In this document: piece by piece, positions 12,101 through 22,842 of the stretch
Numbering within the stretch: the stretch's first letter is position 1
Layout: each line of letters begins with the position of its first letter
Source of the DNA: Podarcis muralis
Taxonomy: Eukaryota
DNA: 64,000 bases
Reading direction: 5' to 3'
NCBI RefSeq assembly: GCF_964188315.1
Contig: NC_135667.1
Coordinates: 24,304,001-24,368,000, forward strand
The notes under the pieces: generated by a model
Database searches by the model: none
What the model was told of the DNA's origin: nothing
What the model saw: only the letters and a program-made list of their open reading frames with translations
Translations under genes and position numbers: made by a program

Positions 12101-13599
12101 AAACAAACAAACAGGAACAGTTGAAGCCATCTGGGAAGGAGGTGAAGAAAGATAGTCTGCATGGATGAACTGGGGATTTTAAACCTTCGGACTAATGCAA
12201 ATGACACTAATCAGGAGACTATTTTTCACATAGCTAATATTAGTATAGGGGCAGCACACACAACAGTCTCTTGTGAATAAAGAAAACATCAGGCTGGACA
12301 CAAGTTGGTTGCCATTCAGGGCAGTATGCCAGACAGAGTCTTGTAGCAAAATGAAGTATTGAGCTAGATGCAAAGCTATGGTGCCCCAGAGGGGACAGTC
12401 TCCTGTTTGACAGAATTGAAAAAGACTGTGCTGTTGAAACAGATTTTTTTCCCAACTGGTGTTCTGCTTTCAGATTTATATTTCTATTCTCTAACATTGC
12501 TTGCTTGGGGGTTTCAGAGCTGCCTTTGGCTGTATCTGCAACAGGATTGTAGTGCACCTCTTTTTATCTTTATTGGTGTAGTTTATGCTATATATATTGA
12601 GTACAATGCAATACCTTTATATAATCAAAATATAGTTTTTAAACCAGCTGTATACTCTTCTATCTTCTGGTGTGCTAGATATCTGGCTGCATGACATACA
12701 TATATCATACCTGCTCTGCACACAATTTGTGGCCTATGAAACTGAACTCTGCTCACCAGCCAGGGATGTGAGGAACCTCCATTTTATTCTGGGTCTTAGA
12801 CAATGGTGGGGAATGACATAGCATGACATGACATATGGCTAGTTGGCTGGATTTGTCTGGGGGGTTTCAGAGCTGCCTTTGGCTGCATCTGTAACAGGAT
12901 TGTAGTGCACCTGTGTGAGGTCATGATGTGCCCCCATAGCTTAAAAAAAGATCACAGTGCTCTGCTGAAGAAAGAACATTGGTAGACACGTGCAGTGCCT
13001 AACGTTGAACCAAAACAGAGTTAGTGTGAGTTTTTCATTGTCTTTTTAAAGAGGTTCATCTATCATTTACATAATAAACACAAGAAAGGAAAAAAAAGAG
13101 CCTTCCACTGAGCACAGTCCCAGTGCTTTTCAGATATGAATATTTCTCTTTCAAATACAAATACCTTCCAAAATGTTTTCATGACTGGTGGGCTATAGCC
13201 ATGTTCTTTTGAAGTCGAATAGAAAATAAAGCAGAAACATGCTTTAAAAAACTTTTCTGATTTGTGTTATTTCTTTGGTTTTCAAACTTGTGAGTGAATC
13301 TTTTCCATTAGTATCAAGTCCCGCACCAGTATAATGGTGTATAATTTCCATGGTCAAGGAGCATCTCGTCTGCCCACACACCCACAAAAACCTCTTGGCA
13401 CTTTTAACATTCAGAAATTTATTGTGGCATAAGCTTGCATGAAGTGTCAACCTCCGTGGGGAGATACATAGGATGGGTGGGAACTGCTTTTAAGTAGGAC
13501 TCTTCCATATGCTGGACATGTAGTGTGTGCATGCTGCAATTATATGGTTATCCACAATTTGAGGGATCCTGTCTACTAACGGTGGTGTTTTGCCTATCA

Positions 13600-14351
13600 A
13601 TGCTTCCCTAATGGTGAAGGGATTTCCCCAATGCCTAGCAAGGATTCTTAGGAGCTGCCATTGCATCAGCCTCTGCAACAATGTCACTGTTGAATTAATT
13701 CCCTTAATTACTTAAACACTGCAGTTCCCCTGCCCCCATTCCATACGGGTATGATAAGAAACAGAAGTGGAATCCTTGCCTGGGTCTCACTGTGCATGCA
13801 GCATGAGAAAGACAGTATGAGAAAAGTAGACAGTATCAGCAATTCATGATGAGAGATAGCCTAGCCTAAGACTGAAAACTTTGAAGGTGGTCTATTGCTC
13901 TTAGAAAAGTGACCTATTTTGGCAGTGGCTCTGGGCTGTTAGTGCTGTGCAATTCGGGGGAAGAAGGAGGTAATCTTTAGCGACCATCAGAAGTCAGCAG
14001 CATACTTCCACCATCAAATAAGTCTCCCCTCTTAGTGCTTTTAAAAGACGCTTTTCCTCTAACATGCACCTTAGATTGTAAATTTTGGTCTTTTGCTTCT
14101 GTTTTTTTGGCAGTGGATGTGGGCTGTTAGTGCCATGCTATTAAGAGAAAGAGGGAGCTAATCTTTAGCAACGAATATACTTCCACTATCACATTCATCT
14201 GCCTCTCTCGGTGCTTCTTTAAATAACCTTTTCTTCTAACATGCACCTGTGAAGCAAAAGGAGCTGTGAATCCAACAGAGAAGAGACTGCGATGGATCTC
14301 TCATACTGGCATGAAATGTGAGGAGACAGCTTCTAGGAGCCACAGGTGAGA
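13600..14351 (+). promoter_or_regulatory. Putative OR promoter / non-coding first exon module (copy upstream of the OR4 relic and OR2)
   Basis: Non-coding block conserved upstream of OR4 (25810-26369), OR5 (30540-31141) and OR6 (34320-34935); ends in donor CAG|GTGAGA at 14346. Confidence 0.5.
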
Positions 14352-15290
14352 GCTGAGTGCATGGTGGGGACCAAAGGTGGAGAAACTACCCCAGAAAGGA
14401 GCATGATGTGTCCCTCACCAGATATACTCCCCCTCTCCGAACAACTTCTTCTACTGTTCTTTTAAACCCTGTACACAGTATGGGATTTATGCTATTTCTT
14501 TCCGAAGCTGATACATTGCATGTTAGACTGATGAGGTAAGAATGGGAACAGAAATAATAGCTAGTGAGTCAGGAGTTTGAGGAATCACTTGCAGCTTAGG
14601 ACAATATGGTAAAGTAAACTCACAAGAATCGTATTGACTTGGATCTTTGAGAAATAAAATGAATAGGTTTCCAGAAGAAATGTTTCAACTCGTTCCATTC
14701 TCCTTTTCTGTGACCCTTGAGAAGCCACTTTGTGGAAGGGGCTCCTCACAACATGGGTCCCATGCCTTTGCTATTTTATTTATTTATGAACCTTTTGCCT
14801 TTGAAAAGATCTCAGGGTGGCCAACATATGGTTCAGTGACACTCTGCCTTCCAGGTAGTGTTCATAGCGAAACCAGTTTAGCTTCAGGGTATTTTCTGAG
14901 CACCAAAACACAACAGGCATTCTATCAACCTAATGTCTGAATATTGTTTTAAAGACTAAAGTCTGAAACCAGGGAAGTGTGAGGAGATCTGTGCCTGTAC
15001 AGTAGGACTTTCCTAGGTTGCTTTCCTCACTGCAAACCACTGAACTCTCTGTACTGAAGGACCCTTAGAAATGCAATGTGAAGAGACTCAAGTTGGCTGC
15101 AGGTGGTTGGGGACTTATTAGTGGAAGTGCCTTTCTGTTGACGCAAAATGTGTTTGGATCCAGTAAAAAGCTACATTGGGAAAACTGAAATTGTGATATC
15201 ATTCATTTAACAATAAAGTAATAAAAAATATCATACATGGAAGTAAATATAATTCTAACATTAATGAAAAAATAAGACTTTAGAATGAAC

Positions 15291-15386
15291 ATTAACAATT
15301 TTCTACTACTGGAAATTTTGAGGGACCAAGAATGGCAAATTTTGCACTTTGTGATCTTCTTAGGAGTATACCTGACTATTCTGATG
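15291..15386 (+). pseudogene. 96-bp relic of a deleted OR4 paralog (N-terminus and TM1)
   Basis: Reads INNFLLLEILRDQEWQILHFVIFLGVYLTILM versus OR4 codons 7-38 IDNFLLMGFSGDQEWQFLHFVIFLAIYLTILM (27575-27670), at the collinear position in the duplicated block. Confidence 0.9.
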
Positions 15387-15568
15387 TTGCTATTTTGTAG
15401 TGAGAACACACTTTAAAGAAATGCTGTATTGAATGTTCAGACAATATAAGTTAATATCTATGAAGATTAATGGTATTTCCCCCCCCCCCCATTCTATAGG
15501 TTTCAATTCCTGGCTTCTGATGACTGGCAATCTGTGCTACTGTACCTCTTGAGCATGAGGGAGAAGTA

Positions 15569-16519
15569 ATGTCTAATATAACAATAATCAATGATTTCCT
15601 GCTTCTGGGATTTTCTAACCAACGAGAGTTTCAACTTTTACAGTTTGCAATCTTCTCAGCAATGTATCTGGTTATACTTACAGGAAATCTGATTCTCATA
15701 ATTCTAGTAGCCCTCAACACCAACCTTCAGACCCCAATGTATTTCTTCCTTGTCAATTTATCAATAGGAGAACTTGGCTCCACCTCTGTCATTATTCCCA
15801 AATCAATGGCCAATGCGCTCATGAACTCAACACTGATTTCATATTCTGAATGCGTGACACAAATGCTTTCCTTTGTTTTTTTCCTGTCATCGGATGTGTT
15901 CCTCCTCACGGTGATGGCCTATGACCGATATGTGGCCATCTGCCACCCACTGCATTATGCGTCTGTGATGAAGTGGGGAAGATGCATCCAACTGGCAGGC
16001 GGATCGTGGATGGCAGGTTTGCTTAACGCTGCTGTGCATACTGGCACTATTTTTTCACTGCCCTTCTGTTCCAACGTTATCAATCAGTTCTTTTGTGAAA
16101 TCCCACACCTAATGAAGATCTCATGCGCTGATTCATACCTCAATGAAATTTGGACACTGCTCTTCAGTTGCGCATTAGGTATTGGCTGCTTTGTGTTCAT
16201 CGTCTTGACCTACGTGCAGATCTTCAGCACAGTGTTGAGCATGCAGTCCATGGCAAACAGGCAAAAAGCCTTCTCCACTTGCATTCCCCACCTCATTGTT
16301 CTCTCTGTCTTAGTTGGCACCATTCTTTTTACTTATCTCATGCCAGCCTCCATCTCTTCATACAAGCTGGACCAGATGCTTGCTGTGATATATTCTGTGG
16401 TTCCTCCAATGATGAACCCAGTAATCTACAGCATGAGGAATAAGGATGTCAAAGCTGCCCTGGGGAAGCTGTTTTACTGGAAGATTTCAAGCAAGAACAC
16501 CATGCTTCCTTTTCACTGA
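15569..16519 (+). CDS. Olfactory receptor OR2, family 14-like, 316 aa
   Basis: All OR motifs intact (PMYFFL, MAYDRYVAIC, KAFSTCIPHL, PMMNPVIYSMRNKD). Confidence 0.96.
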   Translation: MSNITIINDFLLLGFSNQREFQLLQFAIFSAMYLVILTGNLILIILVALNTNLQTPMYFFLVNLSIGELGSTSVIIPKSMANALMNSTLISYSECVTQMLSFVFFLSSDVFLLTVMAYDRYVAICHPLHYASVMKWGRCIQLAGGSWMAGLLNAAVHTGTIFSLPFCSNVINQFFCEIPHLMKISCADSYLNEIWTLLFSCALGIGCFVFIVLTYVQIFSTVLSMQSMANRQKAFSTCIPHLIVLSVLVGTILFTYLMPASISSYKLDQMLAVIYSVVPPMMNPVIYSMRNKDVKAALGKLFYWKISSKNTMLPFH

Positions 16520-17347
16520 TAACCCTGCTGCTTACTCGTGTTAAATTATGGAATAATTTAACATAAAACTTATGACATTTCCCGCTTTATTTTCACTGTA
16601 TTGCATTTTAGCATTGCATAATATATCGAATTCAAATTGTGAGTTATTATTAATATCACTGGGAATGTAAAATGTTTGTGTTGTATGCACGGTAAGTCCT
16701 ACTTAGAAGTGACACCTTAAAAGTAATAAACATAAATTGGGGTAATTGATTTTAATGCGTTACTCCAAATAAAACTGAACTGAACACAACCCTAACTCTG
16801 CTTCAGTGTAGTCCCCCCCCCCCCCTAATCACTTAAAGTGGAAGCAATATTTCCATATTGGACAAGCATTTGTTTCTGGGACAACACTTTCATGCAAAAG
16901 CCACTTGTTATTGTTTTCTGATTTTTGTGTGTGTGGGGGAATTTCAATATTATTTTAAAAAATGGAAATATAATACATAACCTTTGAGTCTATGCTGCCC
17001 CTGGGGTAGGTATCCTTGTTGCTCTACCTAGTTATATAGTTTTCAAATTGTTTTCAGAAAGTTCACAGAAGAACAAATTTATGGTGACATCATCATTATC
17101 AACAACTAACAATAACAATAGCAACAACAACAAAAGGATGGGCTTCACAAGGACTGTAGCTGCTGTAGAGGACTGTAGCTCAGCAGAGAGGGCTCCTCCT
17201 TTAAATTTATTTTTATCTGTGGCATTTTAAATTATGGGGTTTTTGTGTGTGTGTTTTTCTTTGTTGGGGGGTGGGATGGACATTTGGGTGGGACTGGGAA
17301 TAGGTTTAGTTTTAATGTAATTGTAAATTGTTTTTCTTATTATTAGT

Positions 17348-17398
17348 TTCTTCTTCTTCTTCTTCTTCTTCTTCTTCTTCTTCTTCTTCTTCTTCTTC
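17348..17398. repeat. (TTC)n microsatellite
   Basis: Direct reading. Confidence 0.95.
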
Positions 17399-17419
17399 TG
17401 TATAGTTCGTGTTTTGCTT

Positions 17420-19402
17420 TTAAGGGGAGAGGGTCAGGGCTGCCTGGGAGTGGGCCCCAGCCAACAGAATGGCTGGGGCAGGTTCCACGGGAGGATGCAC
17501 TGGGACACCCGATCTCAGTGATCATGGTTAGGAGGAGGAGCTATGCTAAGACCAGACCATGTCATTACCCAGGAGGCGGGTTTAGTCATTATTTGAAGAC
17601 TATCCCTGCCTCCAGGTCTGGGCTTGATCGGAAAGATACCAGAATCAATGACTTGATTGGGGATGGAGGACTTGACATGGCATGTGTAACAGAGACTTGG
17701 TTGAATGAAGCAGATGGGCCTGTTCTTGCCACTGATTGTCAACCAAGTTTCTATTACACACAGAAACCCAGATCATATGGACGGGGTGGGGGTGGGGTTG
17801 CTGTGATTTTTAGGAAGTCATTAGCTTGCACCAGGCATCCTATTGGGAAGACCCAGTTTTCTGAGTGTGTGTTCTGGAAGTTGGGCAATAGGGGCAGTAC
17901 AGGATTCCTTTTGGTGTACCAACCTCCCCACTGCACCAAGGATTCCTTGCCCGAGCTGCTTCAGGTTGTGGCGGATGTTCTCCTGGAGACACCTAGTTTG
18001 GTTGTCCTAGGGGATTTCAACATGCCAACATGACCTTACAAGGGGTACCTCGGGACTACGTGGAAAGCATGGCCTCCAAGGGGCTGTCCCTGGATATGTT
18101 TGGCCCAACTCAGTCACAAACATGCTTTAGACCTGGTGTTCACCTCTATGGATGTGGGTGATCTGACACTAAATAAAAGCAAAACAAAAGAAGTGTCATG
18201 GTTGGATCACTTCCTGGTGCACCTGGACTTCTCCATGACCCTTCCCCTCTGCAGGGAGGTGGGCCCAATTCAGATGGTCTGCCTCTGCCACTTAATGGAT
18301 CCAAATGCTTTCCAGAGAGTGGTAGGAGATGTTTTATCCCATGTTAATAGCCTTTCAGCTGATTCCCTGGTGGCCCGCTGGAATGTGGAGTTAACCAGGG
18401 CTATCGACTGTCTGGCTCTGAAGCGCCCTCTCTGATTGCATGGAGCCCAGACAGCTCCATGGTTTTCCCCAGAGCTGAGGGCAATGAAACAATTGCTGAG
18501 ACGGCTAGAGCGCCGGTGGCAGAAAACTCATTCTGAATCTGACCGGACACAGGTTAGAGCTCAACGTTAAGCCTACCAAGTGGCGATAGCAATGGCAAAG
18601 AGGATCTTCTTCACTGCCTCTATTGTATCTGCAGAAAACAGCAGCAGGAGACTCTTTCAGGAGGTTCACAACCATCTTTGCCACCAGGGCCTGGTAATGA
18701 CCCCAAGATCTCCTGCAATGATTTTGCAATGATTTTTGCAAATAAAGTCACTTAGATTTGGAAAGAGGTACACCCCACCATGGGAACAGGTCCAGGGCGG
18801 AAGAGTCCTAGAGTTTTGTCTAGTCAAGTTGCATGGGATCAATTCCAATCTGTTGCCTCCAAGAATGTGGACAGGCTGCTTGGATGAGTGAAGCTGACCA
18901 CCTGTCTCCTTGATCCTTGCCCATCCTGGCTCTTAAAAGCGAGCCAGGAAGGGCTGGGTGATAGGCTCCATGGGGTGGGGAATGCTTGCCTCTCCTCTGT
19001 GAGGGAGACTTCCCAGACCCGCTGAAAGAGGCGGTCATTAAACCACTTCTTTAAAAAACATCTTTGGACCTGGCCAATATGGCCAACTATCGCCCAGTCT
19101 CATATCTTCCATTCTTGGGCAAGGTGTTTGAGCAGGTGGTTGCTGAACAACTCCAGGCATGCCTGGAGGATGCAGACCATTTGGATCCCTTCCAATCGGG
19201 ATTCAGGCCTCATCAGTGGACTGAAATTGCCTTGGTCGCACTGGTTGATAATCTCTGGCAGCCTAGGGACAAAGGTGAAAGCTGTTTCCTAATTCTGCAT
19301 GTCTCTCTCAGCAGCCTTTGATACCATTAATCATAACATCCTTCTGGACCATCTAGGGGAGCTGGGAGCTAGGGGCACCGTTATACAGTGGTTCTGCTCC
19401 TT
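17420..19402 (+). mobile_element. Degenerate L2/CR1-group LINE (APE endonuclease plus N-terminal part of RT), 3'-truncated
   Basis: CVTETWL, GGGVAV, LVYQPP, VLGDFN (endonuclease); YRPVSYLPFLGKVFE, DPFQSGFR, SAAFDTINH (RT); multiple stops and frameshifts. Confidence 0.88.
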
Positions 19403-20491
19403 CAGCACAATGCAAGAATAAGGGCCTTGTATGATGAAAAATGCTTCAAAGGAGTGCATGTAAGAGTGACACTGTTTTGTCTCTAGGGCTTTGCTGCAGA
19501 GTTGCACAGAACCTTCAGGTAGTTAATCCCTAGGAACTATTCTTACACTTCTTATCCCTTTGCTCACACTCCTTAGCACTACTAGTTCTGCTTGTACCTA
19601 GCAAGACACACAGCTTATGCTTGCACAACGACAGGTTGCTTCCTTCAAACGTCAAAGAAATAGGAATTTAATGTAAGTACATTAAGTAAATATGGACATT
19701 CTGTTTGCTGCCCTGAATAATGAATGGTAGATGAAAGGATGATTGAAGGAGTGGATGGATGGAAAAAGTGATAAATATCATGTTATATGGCAAGTTAAGA
19801 TTCAGGGAGAATTTCCAGCATCCAGCTGGAAAATATTTGTAGGGAAAGACAGATTTAAAACTGTTATCAAACCTCTCTCTTTCTCTATGGTTTCCTTTGC
19901 CTCAGTATTTAATTTTACTTTTGCATTTCTGTACATGTCTATTTCTGATCCCCCGCAAACCTCCTTCACTTCTAATCAATCCAGATCCACTCTATACATC
20001 AGTGTATTGTGTGAATCTAATCCCTTAGTGATCCCCTGTCATGCACTTTGATCTTCTTCTGACATAAGTGCATTTAGCTGACATTGTATTTTCACTCCTT
20101 TCTGAGTGCCTGTTCTCAGAAGGCATGTTATTTGTGGGGTTTGCAAACTGCAGCCAAGCAGACATCATGCTCCATTTGACATTTACCATGCAATTTCCTT
20201 TCATGCCTCAGCATGGGCTCATGTATTGTGTAAATATTGTGGGGATAGTAATGGATAGCAATACATACTTCTGCTAAGCATGTTTTCCTTTCTTAGGCAT
20301 CCTGAGCTATTTCTGTCCAGCTCTCCATGGTGCGATATTTGCCAATTGACTATAGGCGAGAGTTCTGATACAGCAAGAACCAGTCATTTACGTCTATTGA
20401 AATCACAAGGTTTAAAACACAGTTAAACAGGACTGTTGATTACAGTGAAACTTGAGTGCAATTATTTTGTGAAATTTTGGTTCATCTAAGG

Positions 20492-20626
20492 CAGTGGTTC
20501 TCAACCTGTGGGTCCCCAGATGTTGTTGGACTACAACTCCCATCATCCCTGAGCTCTGGCCTTGCTAGCCAGGGGTGATGGGAGTTGTAGTTCAACAACA
20601 TCTGGGGACCCACAGGTTGAGAAAGG
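20492..20626. mobile_element. Palindromic hAT-like MITE
   Basis: Long internal inverted repeat (tctcaacctgtgggtccccagatgttgttg ... caacaacatctggggacccacaggttgaga); absent at the paralogous site near 8990. Confidence 0.82.
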
Positions 20627-20631
20627 TATTA

Positions 20632-21267
20632 CCCTGGTGGTTCCCTCACTGCGAGAAGCAAAGTTACAGGAAACATAGGACCCTTGTACCTATGGGACCG
20701 CCTCTCCTGGTATGCCCTGCAGAGGACCTTAAGGTCCATAAATAACAACACTTTGGAAGTCCTCAGCCCCAAGGAGGTTAAATTGGCCTCAACCAGCGCT
20801 AGGGCCTTTTCAGCTCTGGCCCCAGCCTGGTGGAACGCGCTACCGCAGGAGATCAGGGCCCTGCAGGATTTGACATCTTTCTGCAGGGCCTGCAAGACGG
20901 AGCTGTTCCGCCTGGCCTTTGAGCTGAATTCAGTCTAACCCCCCCTCCTCATTTATTTATTTTTGATGGAACCCCTTATATGGGATTTTTATATAAATTT
21001 TCCCTCGCTCTTTTTGCTGGCCCATGTAGGACCAGCATGGATAGTTTGGCCCCGGTGAATAGTTGATTTTTTCTCCTCTTATGGCAGTGATCTATAGGCT
21101 ACCACTAAAATGAAGCTGCATTTTAAGCTGCATTTAAAACTATATTCTAACATATTTTAATCACCTTTTTTTTTGTTTTTTGTTTTAAAAATGTTTTTAC
21201 TGTATTTTACTCAGTGTTAGCTGCCCTGAGCCCAGTCTTGGCCGGGGAGGGTGGGGTATAAATAAAA

Positions 21268-21310
<43 letters not shown>

Positions 21311-21541
21311 CAAGCAGACGGCCTTCTCGGTAGTGGTGCCCGCCCTGTGGAACACCCTCCCATCAGATGTCAAAGAAATAAACATCTGACTTTTAGAAGA
21401 CATCTGAAGGCAGCCCTGTTTAGGGAAGCTTTTAATGTTTAACAGACCATTGTATTTTAATATTTTGCTCGAAGCCACCCGGAGTGGCTGGGGACACCCA
21501 GTCAGATGGGTAGGGTATAAATAAATTATTATTATTATTAT

Positions 21542-21555
<14 letters not shown>
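20632..21555 (+). mobile_element. L2 family B 3' fragment (20632-20674 plus 21311-21555) split by a nested L2 family A 3' fragment (20675-21307)
   Basis: ORF 20684 has the L2 C-terminal motif RAFSALAPAWWNALP...KTELFRLAF and an (ATT)n tail. The host element resumes after a 3-bp AAC overlap and ends in (ATT)n(ACT)n. Confidence 0.8.
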
Positions 21556-21574
<19 letters not shown>

Positions 21575-21713
21575 CATAGTATGGATTTTTCTCATGGTTA
21601 ACTATGGCTACCTTTGCTTATTGTATAACTGTAGTTGGATCCTGGCTATAGTCTCTTTCATCCCAAACTGCACCCGAGTGAAGCAGAAACAATGGGTATT
21701 ATTCAATGTTTGT

Positions 21714-21962
21714 TAGGCTGACCATATGTCTGGGAATTCCTGGACATGTTCTCTTTTGGGGGTCCTACATGCCCCCCAAGGTAATTTTACATTTTAAAGC
21801 AAATGTCCCAGATTTGGGGGGGGGGGGGGTTGTGTGTGCTTGGGCAGCTCTGGTTCAGGCAGGGACTCTGGTGCAGGCAATCTGGGCTCTGGCTCTGGTT
21901 CTGGCATGGCAGAGGGGCTATGGGATGTCCTGATTTTTACCTCTGGAAATATGACAAGCCTA
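21714..21962. mobile_element. Non-autonomous hAT-like element; left-deleted paralog at ~9079-9279
   Basis: Imperfect TIRs taggctgaccatat / atatgacaagccta. Confidence 0.5.
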
Positions 21963-22842
21963 AATTAGTCCTCCTCAGATTAGACCTGTTGAAATGCGTG
22001 GGGTGACTAAATTAGGTGAATTAATTTCAGTGAGTCTGCTTTGAGTAATCCTTAGTTGAATATTTCCCACATGAATTTAAACAAATGCTGATATGCAGCC
22101 TTTCATAGATTTCCCTGATTCAATGACATATTAGATTGAATCAGTGTTTAATAGAATATAGATATATATATGCATTAAATCAGAGACAGATAGTAGGAAA
22201 AAGAGATAGACTGCAGGTGCATATGAACAATGATGGTGGGTCAGAGCAGTGATGCCTTCAGCTCAGCATAGTGTCTCTCCTCTGCCCCAAACAAGCTTGA
22301 TGCAGATGAGAAATGCACACAGACACTATGAAAGGCATGGATATTCCCTCTTGTTTCACTCTGACAGTCAGATCTATACTGCTTCTGAATATAAAGCAAA
22401 TCATTCCTAGCTTTCAGGAAATAACCCCACTTAGCAGGGAATAAGCCCTATTGTCTTAATTCTGAGTAGATGTGGTGAGGTTTTTCAAACTGCTCTACAG
22501 AAAGTGGAGATTTCAGGAAGAGGCTGTATGTGAAAATTGGGGGTCAAACTGTTTGTTATTTAGCTGTGCTGTTCAGTTTAGGGATTTTTATTTATTTTTT
22601 ACACAAATGGTGAGCATGCTGCAACCTCTACCTTACAGTTGTCTCTAAAAATATCACTAAGTTAGAATATGTCTCTAGACCCTCCATGTGCCCATATTTT
22701 CCAGCGACAGTCCTGGATTTAGAGAAGCTGAGACTTCCAGTGGGTATTGAGTTGGCCATTGCTAGATACTGGATGGAACCATATTCTTGCACAAGCAACT
22801 TTTATAATGGTCTCTGTTATTCCCCCAACAGACTGAGAAGAC

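Larger units (their letters stand above)
7663..15386 (+). repeat. Segmental duplication, copy 1 (paralog of 19211-27670)
   Basis: Collinear similarity from catcagtggactgaaa (7663/19211) through OR1/OR3 and the intergenic DNA to the OR4 relic; roughly 85-90% identity by eye, with indels. Confidence 0.92.

Noticed and set aside
17343-17525. Poly-Arg, poly-Leu, poly-Gln and poly-Asn ORFs (also 2746, 21197, 39012, 41782, 58010)
   Set aside because: Translations of microsatellites
17518-18033. 171-aa endonuclease ORF as a domesticated nuclease
   Set aside because: Ordinary LINE APE domain, frameshifted right after GDFN, with degraded downstream frames
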